64,000 bases of DNA from a virus. The DNA lies in IMG/VR virus record IMGVR_UViG_3300013093_000022, positions 62,514 to 126,513 of that record; one strand, given 5' to 3'. Under the pieces are notes generated by a model. It was not told the origin of the DNA. It did no database searches and saw nothing but the letters and a program-made list of their open reading frames with translations. The position numbers were made by a program, and so were the translations under genes. Positions 9,786 through 18,055 of the stretch are shown in pieces. Within the stretch, counting starts at the first letter, position 1. Every line of letters starts with the position of its first letter.

Positions 9786-10282
9786 GACCTCTCCCCGAAG
9801 ATGTCGCCGTAGTCGTCGTTCAGTTCCTGCCCCGGGCCCATCAGCGACTCGTAGTCAACGCCGGAGTCGCCGCCGCCTCGGGAGCGGCTGCGGTGGTTCA
9901 GCCCGTGGAAATGGGCCTCGGCGGCCGCCTTCGCCTCATCATGGGTGGGGTAAATGGTCTTGCCGTTGTCCCCCTGCCACAGGAGGTCCCCGTCTCCGTT
10001 GCCGTAGTCGCGGTGGTTGCCCGACTGCCCGTCCTCGTCCTCAAACGGCTCATTGGTCCAGACGCCGTATCCCCAGCCGATGGGCGGCAGGTCGTGCCGC
10101 ACGCGGGACCAGCCGTCGGGGCCGGGGGGGTCTTTCTGGTGCTCCAGATTGGTCTGGAGGAAGTCCCCGAGCTCGCTGTAGGCTTCGGCCCCGCGACCAT
10201 CGCGGTCGTCCTCCCAGTTGAACTGGAGCCCCGAGGCCAAGATTGACCTCGCGAAACTGTCCCGTTGCGTCTGTATCCTCAC
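9782..10282 (-). CDS. leader-bearing paralog 1
   Basis: 166 aa; N-term MRIQTQRDSFARSILA; shared EAKAAAE helix. Confidence 0.8.
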   Translation of the reverse strand: MRIQTQRDSFARSILASGLQFNWEDDRDGRGAEAYSELGDFLQTNLEHQKDPPGPDGWSRVRHDLPPIGWGYGVWTNEPFEDEDGQSGNHRDYGNGDGDLLWQGDNGKTIYPTHDEAKAAAEAHFHGLNHRSRSRGGGDSGVDYESLMGPGQELNDDYGDIFGERS

Positions 10283-10740
10283 AGCTCACCCCTGATCGCC
10301 CGTTTGATTTCGTTCTCGATGTCCTTGCGCGAGTCCTGGAGCGCCCGCCGGATCGCGTCGTGCATGATGTTCGTCGGCTTCAAACCGGGGTGACGCCACC
10401 TCTGGGCCCGCCACACCCTGCCCCGGTGGGGGATGTCGACGTAGCCGGGGGTCCCGACCACCCCCTGACCGGCGCGCCGGTAGTGGGGCCCGTCGCCCTG
10501 CTTGCAGCCCATCGGCAGCGTCCGGCCCTCGACCCACTTCATCAGGAAAGGTTTGGTCCCTGACTCCTGGTACAGCAGGTACCGGGTCTCGGTCCGGATC
10601 CCGACCTGCCCCGTTTTCGCCATCGGCTCCAAGGTGCGGGCCGACCTCCAGCCCTTGCCGGTCATGTCCTGCCGGGCGTACTGGACCGCCTTGTAGGCCA
10701 CCGCGCGGGCCAGGTCCTCGGGGATCGGTATCAGCGCCAT
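10279..10740 (-). CDS. neck / tail-completion protein
   Basis: Start revised to ATG 10740 (MALIPIPED, TGATG overlap); basic, with YQESGTKPF and RHPG motifs typical of HK97 gp10-like tail-completion proteins. Confidence 0.65.
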   Translation of the reverse strand: MALIPIPEDLARAVAYKAVQYARQDMTGKGWRSARTLEPMAKTGQVGIRTETRYLLYQESGTKPFLMKWVEGRTLPMGCKQGDGPHYRRAGQGVVGTPGYVDIPHRGRVWRAQRWRHPGLKPTNIMHDAIRRALQDSRKDIENEIKRAIRGEL

Positions 10741-11630
10741 CAGACCAGCACCGCCACGCCCGACTGGGGGGAGCCGAAAGCGATCAGCACCAGGCCCGGG
10801 CTCGGGTACGAGACGTCGGCGCTGACCGCCTGGCCGTCGACCACCACCGTCACCTCCGGGTCGTGGCCCAGGGCGTGGGCCACCGTCCACAGCGCCGACG
10901 GCGCGGTCTGGGTGTAGGTGATCATCTGCGGGCTCCCTCCGCCGGCCCCCGGCAGGAACGGCGTCCCCGGCGGCGGCGCGACCGGGGGCCCCGACGGGGG
11001 GCTGGCCGGGACCGGGTTCGGCGGTGCCGACGAGCCCACGTTCCTGTCGGGGAACGACCAGCCCTCCACCGGGAAGGCCGTCACCCCTTTAGTTCTCGGC
11101 GGCACCCAGTTCACCGTGGCCGCCTGGCCGATCACGTCTCGCCACGTCTGCCCGTACTGGGGGCCGGTCCGCAGGCTGTTGCGGGTCACGGCCGTCACCT
11201 CGAAGAACTCACCGGCCCGGACCACCGTGTTGTTGTCGCCCCACTGCCTGACCCGCACGATGTAGTCGTGCTCGACCAGCATCGGGAAGGCCTCGCACTG
11301 GACCTGGCGCTGGTCGGCCTCCAAGGTCCCGAACTGTCCGTACTGCTCGGTCACCACGTGGTCGGTGAACTGGCACCAGGCCACGGCCGCCATCTTCACC
11401 CCGCCCTGGCCGGTCGCCTCGCTGAACCACGAGGTGCCGTAGCACACCGGGCACTGCTCCTCGGCGTCCAGGTACTCGCTCGACGCGCACCGGGGGCAGC
11501 GTTGGACGTCGTCCTCCTCCCGGTACATCGACAGCAGGACCGCCCTCTCACCGTGGTATTGGAGAGAGTCCCGGACGCACGAGCGCAGGTAGGTGACCGT
11601 GTACGGCTCGGTGAGCTTGACGATCGACAT
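10740..11630 (-). CDS. probable head closure/neck protein with Zn ribbon and C-terminal appended domain
   Basis: Start revised to ATG 11630 (MSIVKLTEP); CPRC...CPVCYGT; Pro-rich linker, then a WTVAHALGHDPEVTVV domain. Confidence 0.65.
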   Translation of the reverse strand: MSIVKLTEPYTVTYLRSCVRDSLQYHGERAVLLSMYREEDDVQRCPRCASSEYLDAEEQCPVCYGTSWFSEATGQGGVKMAAVAWCQFTDHVVTEQYGQFGTLEADQRQVQCEAFPMLVEHDYIVRVRQWGDNNTVVRAGEFFEVTAVTRNSLRTGPQYGQTWRDVIGQAATVNWVPPRTKGVTAFPVEGWSFPDRNVGSSAPPNPVPASPPSGPPVAPPPGTPFLPGAGGGSPQMITYTQTAPSALWTVAHALGHDPEVTVVVDGQAVSADVSYPSPGLVLIAFGSPQSGVAVLV

Positions 11631-11632
11631 GG

Positions 11633-13270
11633 TCAGGCGATCGGGGGGCCGAGGAAGCTCAGCTCGACCCAGCAGGCCTGGCTGTTCCCCGGGGTGCTGG
11701 AGTGGAAGAGCCAGCACGTGTACTGGGAGTTGTGCTGGGCGGTCACGTGCAGCACGTCGCCGTACCTGAAGTTGTAGGTGAACGAGCACGACTGGGTCTG
11801 GGCGAAGCCGGGGGCGTAGCCGTTGCCGCGCATGAAGTTCTTCGCCAGCCGGGCGATGTCCTGGCCGTTGACCGTGAAGCCCACCCCGGCGTTGTCGAAC
11901 GAGTCGTACCCCGGGTCCCAGCAGATGGAGGCGTTCACCTGGTAGACGCCGGTCTCCTTGATGACGATGTCGGTCTGGCTGGTCGACACATTGATGAACG
12001 GGTCGGGGATCCAGTTCCCGAACAGGGTGTCGAAGCCCAGAACGGTCGGGTTCAGCGGGTAGACCTGCTGCCGGAACTGGGCCTGGGCGATGATGTGGGG
12101 CTTGTTCCCGATCGGCAGCAACTGCCAGGTCATGCCGCTGTTGCTGGTGTAGTACGGGAGGTCGGCGACCGACACCTGGGACAGGCCGTTGGGGACCGTC
12201 TGGGCGGTCTGGCCCTGGCCGGCCTGCATGCCGATCCCCCAGCCCCGGTACGAGGGGCCGACGCCGACCGAGTTAGCGTTGTCGACCACCGCCAGGACCT
12301 GCTGGCCGTTGGCGTACACCAGGTAGGTGTTCCCGACCGCCTTGAACAGCCACGTCGTCCCGGCGGTGCTGGTCGGGCACACCGCCCCGCCCAACAGGGC
12401 CTCACCCGTCGGGCCGGTCGTCGTGCAGTACACGTACACCCCGGTGTCCTGGACCGAGTACCTCACGTACGACTGAAGGCTCGACGAGGCCCGGAGGTAG
12501 AAGTCGTTGCTCGGCGACGGGTTTGACGAGTACCGGGCCTGCAGTAGGGTCGACCCGGTGACCGCCGTGATCTGCTGGTCGTCGGTGGCGAAAGGGCTCG
12601 CCACGCTCTTCTCGATCACCCGGCACGTCACGTTCGCCCCCGGGTACCAAGCGCAGACGCCCGCCGACGGGGCACCCATCGACCCGTCGCCCGTCGACCC
12701 GGTCACGAGGGTCGGCGTGAACACCGTGCTGTCGAGGCTCGACGCGCTGTTGCGGGTGTTGAACGTGTACGTGTACTGGGTTCCGGTGGTCGGGGCGATG
12801 GCCGGGAACTGCCCCCAGACACGCATCGTCTGGGTGTCGGACTCCCAGATCATCTGCCCGACCTGGGGGTCGACCGGCCGGGTCTGGGTCGTGCAGAGCA
12901 GGAAGGGCTTGTTGAAGATGTCGCCCGAGTTGTAGTCGTGGGCGTGGTTGCCGGGCGCTGCCTGGGTGGCGTTGCGGCCCAGGGTGTGGTGGATCGACGA
13001 GATCGACGAGTCGGTGTCGGCGTTCTGGTGGGTGTTGACTTGGCTCAGCCGGTTGGTCGGCCAGACCCCGTTGCCGTCGGCCGTCGAGTGGTCGTGGGCC
13101 AGCGGGGCGGCGTTCGCCTCGAGGGCCTGGATCGCGGCACCCAGGTCAACGTGGGCCTGGTAGTGGTTACGGCCGTCGCCCCCGTCCGACGAGAGGCTGG
13201 TCGTCTCCGGGTTCGTCGGCGGGTTGAACGTGTCGATGTACGGCGATGTGCTGGGGTAGACGATCCCCAT
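11633..13270 (-). CDS. minor tail / fibre protein
   Basis: 545 aa; HHTLG..QAAPGNHAH knot motif, TRP...GQMIWESDT motif, beta-sandwich and C1q-like C-terminus. Confidence 0.7.
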   Translation of the reverse strand: MGIVYPSTSPYIDTFNPPTNPETTSLSSDGGDGRNHYQAHVDLGAAIQALEANAAPLAHDHSTADGNGVWPTNRLSQVNTHQNADTDSSISSIHHTLGRNATQAAPGNHAHDYNSGDIFNKPFLLCTTQTRPVDPQVGQMIWESDTQTMRVWGQFPAIAPTTGTQYTYTFNTRNSASSLDSTVFTPTLVTGSTGDGSMGAPSAGVCAWYPGANVTCRVIEKSVASPFATDDQQITAVTGSTLLQARYSSNPSPSNDFYLRASSSLQSYVRYSVQDTGVYVYCTTTGPTGEALLGGAVCPTSTAGTTWLFKAVGNTYLVYANGQQVLAVVDNANSVGVGPSYRGWGIGMQAGQGQTAQTVPNGLSQVSVADLPYYTSNSGMTWQLLPIGNKPHIIAQAQFRQQVYPLNPTVLGFDTLFGNWIPDPFINVSTSQTDIVIKETGVYQVNASICWDPGYDSFDNAGVGFTVNGQDIARLAKNFMRGNGYAPGFAQTQSCSFTYNFRYGDVLHVTAQHNSQYTCWLFHSSTPGNSQACWVELSFLGPPIA

Positions 13271-13284
13271 TGGAGCCCCCTCGG

Positions 13285-13638
13285 CTAGACGATGGGAACC
13301 CCGCCGCTGCGGGCGATCGACGCCTCCAGGTAGAAGTCCATGACGAAGTCGAAGTTACGGGTCACCAGGCTCTGGGCGGTGGCCGGGGTGTACCAGGGCT
13401 TGCCGTAGTTGGAGCTCGTCGTGGCCGTGGTGCCCTTGGCCTGGGCGTGGGACAGCGAGGCGAGCTCGGAGGTGATCCCGGAGGCCGGGGGGTTGACCAG
13501 GTAGTCGAACACGGTCCCGCCGCCACCGGCCGAGGCGTAGGCCCCGACGTAGAGGTTGCCCAGACCGGGGGTGCGGCTCAGGTAGGAGCCGGTGAACGTG
13601 GTCGGCAGCGGGCCGGACCAGGGTGTGGGTGCGGACAT
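13285..13638 (-). CDS. small virion protein (paralog family with 13702 and 16880 ORFs)
   Basis: 117 aa, AGGAGGAG RBS. Confidence 0.75.
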   Translation of the reverse strand: MSAPTPWSGPLPTTFTGSYLSRTPGLGNLYVGAYASAGGGGTVFDYLVNPPASGITSELASLSHAQAKGTTATTSSNYGKPWYTPATAQSLVTRNFDFVMDFYLEASIARSGGVPIV

Positions 13639-13663
13639 CGTTTGCTCCTCCTGCGGAAGTTTC

Positions 13664-13699
13664 TCACTAATTCAGGGGGCGGGCGGCCCCCGATGACAG
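13664..13699 (-). promoter_or_regulatory. putative late promoter CTGTCA-N21-AATTAGTGA
   Basis: Bipartite motif. Confidence 0.6.
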
Positions 13700-13701
13700 C
13701 G

Positions 13702-13974
13702 TTACGGGTGGTGGTAGTTGAAGATGTCGGACGCGGTGACCGCATACAGGGCGGCCGCGTGGGTCACCGAGTCGGTGGCTGCGGTCGTCATGTTCGACGG
13801 AGGGCTGGCCAGGGCCGAACTGATGTCGATCGGCCGACCGACCGTGGCGACCGCGCCGACGCCGAACTGGCGGACCTGGTAGGCCCCCGTGTACAGCACC
13901 GGCAGCGACGGCGACGTCCCGTAGTACTGCTCCTCCGGGTTTTCGAAACCGGTGTATCCCATAGGGCTGCTCAT
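13702..13974 (-). CDS. small virion protein (paralog family)
   Basis: Start revised to ATG 13974 after GGAGGAGG; YTGAYQVRQFGVG motif. Confidence 0.75.
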   Translation of the reverse strand: MSSPMGYTGFENPEEQYYGTSPSLPVLYTGAYQVRQFGVGAVATVGRPIDISSALASPPSNMTTAATDSVTHAAALYAVTASDIFNYHHP

Positions 13975-13985
13975 GCTCGCCTCCT

Positions 13986-14021
13986 CCACCTATTCTTTGA
14001 CGGCCGGTAAGCCCGTCACAG
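13986..14021 (-). promoter_or_regulatory. putative late promoter CTGTGA-N21-AATAGGTGG
   Basis: Bipartite motif. Confidence 0.65.
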
Positions 14022-14024
14022 TGC

Positions 14025-15005
14025 CTACAGTCCGCCCGGGATACCGGCCCCGTGGTTGGTCGAGCCCCATGAGATCGACGGTGCCGCCGGGTAGAACCGC
14101 CACGAGCGGACCTGGGAGGCGTAGGTGCCCGCCTGGAAGATGCCCAGTGCGTTGCCGCCGTAGATGCCGCCGCCGACCAGCAGGGCACCCCGGCCTAGGC
14201 TGAGCAGCTTCCTCTTCGCCATCTTGGTGTATGTCACGTACTCGGGCCACTCCTGGGTCCAGATCGTGTTCCACCGCTGCTGGTAGTCGCGCCGGTCGGC
14301 GAACGTGATGTTTGAGCCCTGGAACACCGGGATCTCGGTGTAGGAGGCGACCAGGAATCGGACCACCTCCAGGTAGGTGCCCAGGACCAGCAGGCCGTGG
14401 AAGTCTTGGTTGACCTCCTGGGTGTCGGGCCCCACACCCCAGTACATGACCGGGAAGCCGATCAGGTTCATCCGGGTCACGGCACGCTTCTCGCACTGGG
14501 CCAGCCGCTCGTAGTCGAAGTGGGTCTGGAACGGCTCGATCAGGTTCGGGCCGCCGGTCGACGAGTCGAACAGGTCTCCCAGCATCCACGACACCTCCTC
14601 GACGACGCTCCTCTCCGAGTCGCGCAGGGAGTCGTAGAGGGGCATCTGGTTGAGGATCTGCGCGTTGTCGTAGAAGGAGAGGGTCTGGCCGTTGACGGCG
14701 TAGGTCCACACCATCGTCAGGACTCCCCGGTACATGGTGTTCGGGGGCCCGATGTCGTAAGAGTAGTGGCCGGTGTCGACCCAGGTGATCTGGTCGGCGG
14801 TCGCGGTGACGATCAGGTTGCCGGGCGGCTGGGACAGCAGTTCGCCCGGGTTGGCCGGGTCGGCCTGGTTGAAGTACACGTTCAGTTGCAGGCTGCCCGG
14901 GTCGGCGTCGGTGTACGAGGATCCGTTCGTGATCGACAGGGCCGTGTAGCCGGAGCCGTTCTGGGAGATGAACTTCCGGACCAGGGTCTGATCCTGGAGC
15001 TTCAC
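14025..15005 (-). CDS. probable head-to-tail adaptor
   Basis: Start likely GTG 15005 (GTGA overlap); N-terminal Ig-like part, then a helical adaptor-like domain (DRRDYQQRW). Confidence 0.65.
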   Translation of the reverse strand: MKLQDQTLVRKFISQNGSGYTALSITNGSSYTDADPGSLQLNVYFNQADPANPGELLSQPPGNLIVTATADQITWVDTGHYSYDIGPPNTMYRGVLTMVWTYAVNGQTLSFYDNAQILNQMPLYDSLRDSERSVVEEVSWMLGDLFDSSTGGPNLIEPFQTHFDYERLAQCEKRAVTRMNLIGFPVMYWGVGPDTQEVNQDFHGLLVLGTYLEVVRFLVASYTEIPVFQGSNITFADRRDYQQRWNTIWTQEWPEYVTYTKMAKRKLLSLGRGALLVGGGIYGGNALGIFQAGTYASQVRSWRFYPAAPSISWGSTNHGAGIPGGL

Positions 15006-15130
15006 TGCTGCCCCGATTCCTCTAGGGTCGTGTCGGACGCCATCTTCGGCGACACCACGTACTGGCCCCACGGCAACATCCTGGAGATGACCGCCGGGTC
15101 GTTGTAGACGTTGGGCGAGGGTTCGGTCAC
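15002..15130 (-). CDS. 42-aa hypothetical protein
   Basis: GGAGGAGGG RBS before GTG 15130 (MTEPSPNVYNDP). Confidence 0.55.
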   Translation of the reverse strand: MTEPSPNVYNDPAVISRMLPWGQYVVSPKMASDTTLEESGQQ

Positions 15131-15146
15131 GCCGCCCTCCTCCCCG

Positions 15147-16499
15147 CTAGTCGAGGTTGTAGGTGGTGGACTGGACCTGCGCGATGGTGATGGTGGGCTG
15201 GGTGCCACCGGTCCCGGAGATGAACCCGAGTCCCATGATCTGGCCCGCCGCCAGGCTGGCCGAACCCACGGTGCCGCTGAAGTGAGAAGAGCTACCGGTT
15301 GTCATTCCGAACCCGGTGGCCGACGGTGCGACGTGGGTCGTGACAATCGAGTAATAGTAGGCAGAGGCACCGGTGAAGGTGACCTGGACCTCGACCGTCA
15401 TGTTGTCGGCGACGGCGGTCTGGGTGCCCAAGGACACCGTCGCGTCCACCGTGTCGGCGGTCGTCCCGTTCGGGCCCCGGTAGAAGACGAGGCTGAAGGT
15501 CCCGGTTCCGTTGGCGTTCTTGTTGATTGCCACGTCCCAGATGAACGTCGTCTTGTTGGCGGTCACGCCGGTGAGCAAGGTTGACGGCAATGCCAGGGCG
15601 CTGCCGGGAATGTATACCGCCGTGCCCGCCGTGGGCTGCGCCGAGTACGCCGTGGTGTTGAAGTTGGTGATCCCGTTGGGCAGGTTGGCCGGAGGAATCG
15701 GGGTCGAGGAGTTGAAGGCGACGAACCACTGGGCGGCCGTGGTCGGGGTGTTCGTTTTGGCGACGAACGTCGCCGTCTGACCGCCGAGCAGGGTCGTGAT
15801 CGTGTTCAGGCCCGACGACTGGACGGTCACCGCGCCCGTCGACTGGTTCACGATCGTGTACGAGTAGCCTGCGTTGACGCCCGTCGTCGGCAGGGCCACC
15901 GTCTGGGTCGAGGTGCCGGTGAAGATCTGGGTCTGGGCGCTGGCGATCGTCAGGGTCGTCGTCCCGGCGGCGGTCGCCGTCGAAGTCTGGGCCGGGAGCA
16001 GGGCGTTCGCCGAGAGGTTCTTGCTCGCGTCCCACTGGGCGACCGTCGACGCGGTCGGGGTCGAGGTCGGGGCGGTCGCCAACACGTACCGGGCGTCCAT
16101 CCCCGACAGAGGCACGTCGGTGCTGACCACGTACCACACCGACTGGGAGAGCGAGTACAGCAGCTTCACCGCCTGGTACTGAAGGGACAGCGACAGCGAA
16201 ATCCCGTCGTTGGACCGGTTGAAGTGGTCGGAGCCCGAGGCGGCCACCGTGACCGCGTTCGTGCCCGGGTCGACCTTCTTGACCACGATCAGGGCCTGGT
16301 CGACCGGTGCCGAAGGCAGGGTCACCGTGACCGGGGCCGACGTGGCGTCGACCGGCACCAACTGGCCCGGCGAGGCGGTGTAGTTGGCGGTCTGGACCGC
16401 CACCGGGGCCAGTTGCAGGTTGTCGATCGCGGCCTCGACCGCGTTCTCGGCGGCGGCGGTGAACTGCTGGCCAGAGGCCCAGTTGGCGGGGAGTGTCAT
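15147..16499 (-). CDS. T/S/A-rich fibre or decoration protein
   Basis: 450 aa; two repeats of a VDATSAPVTVTLP / TQTVALP...YTIVN domain. Confidence 0.75.
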   Translation of the reverse strand: MTLPANWASGQQFTAAAENAVEAAIDNLQLAPVAVQTANYTASPGQLVPVDATSAPVTVTLPSAPVDQALIVVKKVDPGTNAVTVAASGSDHFNRSNDGISLSLSLQYQAVKLLYSLSQSVWYVVSTDVPLSGMDARYVLATAPTSTPTASTVAQWDASKNLSANALLPAQTSTATAAGTTTLTIASAQTQIFTGTSTQTVALPTTGVNAGYSYTIVNQSTGAVTVQSSGLNTITTLLGGQTATFVAKTNTPTTAAQWFVAFNSSTPIPPANLPNGITNFNTTAYSAQPTAGTAVYIPGSALALPSTLLTGVTANKTTFIWDVAINKNANGTGTFSLVFYRGPNGTTADTVDATVSLGTQTAVADNMTVEVQVTFTGASAYYYSIVTTHVAPSATGFGMTTGSSSHFSGTVGSASLAAGQIMGLGFISGTGGTQPTITIAQVQSTTYNLD

Positions 16500-16515
16500 A
16501 TTTTTAACCTATTCC

Positions 16516-16857
16516 TTAGAAGGTGCCGGGGAGTTTGATCGGAAGAACATCGCCCGCCCGGCCCCGGCCTGTGTAGTCCTGGGGGGAGCCGGTGTCGGCG
16601 GTGTAGACGCCTTGCTGGTCGAAGTCCAGTTCGAAGTTCTCGGCCTCGACCTGGTGCGGGTCGGCGGCCATCTCTGTCTCGACCGTGACCTGCTCGGCGG
16701 CGATTCCCCACGCGGGGGCGTTGGAGCCCATCGAGTCGAGTACCGAGACCCACGACTCCCCGCCCGGGTAGGAACCGGCACGCGACTGCCGTACCGGGAA
16801 GCCGACCGAACTCAGCCAGCCCGGACCCTGAACGCCCTGGACGCCGGGGAACGTCAT
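16516..16857 (-). CDS. hypothetical virion protein
   Basis: 113 aa, AAGGAG RBS. Confidence 0.7.
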   Translation of the reverse strand: MTFPGVQGVQGPGWLSSVGFPVRQSRAGSYPGGESWVSVLDSMGSNAPAWGIAAEQVTVETEMAADPHQVEAENFELDFDQQGVYTADTGSPQDYTGRGRAGDVLPIKLPGTF

Positions 16858-16879
16858 CTCTTCTCCTTCGCGCAGTCGA

Positions 16880-17395
16880 TCAGAACGGGACGATGCCCTG
16901 CTGCTGGCCGGTCGTGGTGACGGTCACGGTCGGCTCGGTGCCGCCGGTCAGGTTGTACTGCCGGACCGCGATCAACTGGAGCGGCACACCCGACGCGAAA
17001 CCGGTCACCGTCCACGGCCCGCCCTGGTTGCCGGAAACGGTCACATTGGCCACCTCGCCGCCCAGGGCCCGCAGCGCGGTCTGGACGTTGGCGGCGGTCG
17101 CGTTGTAGTTCAGGACCGACGTCGGGTTGCCGTAGTAGCCGAGGACGAAGTTGCCCCCGTTCGGGCCGCCGTTGACCGTGATCGTCTGGGTCGTGAAGCC
17201 GAAGAACTTCGCCTCCAGGGTCAGGGCCGTCTCGGCCTCGGCCGTGGTCCCGGTCGCCGGGGGGTTGGCCAGCGAGTCGAACACCGAGATCGGCGGGGTC
17301 GGGGCCGGGGTGAGGATGCTGCCCACCCCGAACTGGCGCTGCTGGTAACCGGCGGTGTACGGGTTCGAACCCGACAGTGGCAGTGGGGCGCTCAT
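16880..17395 (-). CDS. virion decoration protein (paralog N-terminus plus actinophage surface domain)
   Basis: 171 aa; C-terminal QTITVNGGPNGGNF...YNATAANVQTALRAL...GGPWTVT domain. Confidence 0.75.
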   Translation of the reverse strand: MSAPLPLSGSNPYTAGYQQRQFGVGSILTPAPTPPISVFDSLANPPATGTTAEAETALTLEAKFFGFTTQTITVNGGPNGGNFVLGYYGNPTSVLNYNATAANVQTALRALGGEVANVTVSGNQGGPWTVTGFASGVPLQLIAVRQYNLTGGTEPTVTVTTTGQQQGIVPF

Positions 17396-17991
17396 CAGTT
17401 CTCCTTGCTGCGGCTGGGCGACGTCACCGTCACCGACTTGATGATGTCGGAGATCGACACCGACTCTTCCTCGGACCGGGCCTCGGTGATCTCACCGGTC
17501 ATCACGTCCATCACCTTGTCGCCGATCTTCACCGGCGACGGGTTGGTGAACTCGTCGATGTCGTTGCGGAACTGGGACTGGGCGACACGCTTCTTCACCG
17601 ACCGGTCGATCAGTCCCTGGGTCTGCTCCTTGGCGTCGATCGCCCGGCTCTGCGGGGCATCCTCGACGACCAGCTTCGCCTTGATCTCGGTCAGCACGTT
17701 CCCGACGACAGACTGCTCGGGTGCCATCAGGCCCATCATCTCGTCCTCCAGGTCGGGGGAGATGGTGACCTTTCCGGCGGCGTAGTTGCGGGCCACGCCC
17801 GGCAGGTCGAGGGCGGCGGGGGGCAGGTAGGCGATCGAGTCGGGGCCACCGGAGGCCTTCAACTCGATGTCAACTTTCTGCCCGTTCCCGGCCTTCTCGT
17901 GCAGGGTCCACGGCAGGCCGGTGTTGTTCCGGATGAACAGCGACTTCTTCGACGCCCGGAGTTGGGCCATCGTGTAGGTCTTTTCGGTCAC
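17395..17991 (-). CDS. hypothetical protein
   Basis: Start likely GTG 17991 after GAGGGAAGG (MTEKTYT). Confidence 0.7.
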   Translation of the reverse strand: MTEKTYTMAQLRASKKSLFIRNNTGLPWTLHEKAGNGQKVDIELKASGGPDSIAYLPPAALDLPGVARNYAAGKVTISPDLEDEMMGLMAPEQSVVGNVLTEIKAKLVVEDAPQSRAIDAKEQTQGLIDRSVKKRVAQSQFRNDIDEFTNPSPVKIGDKVMDVMTGEITEARSEEESVSISDIIKSVTVTSPSRSKEN

Positions 17992-18017
17992 AGGACCTTC
18001 CCTCGATTCTGGTTCTT

Positions 18018-18053
18018 GCACCTATTGGTCAGCCGGAGTATAGCCGACTACAG
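18018..18053 (-). promoter_or_regulatory. putative late promoter CTGTAG-N21-AATAGGTGC
   Basis: Bipartite motif. Confidence 0.65.
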
Positions 18054-18055
18054 GG

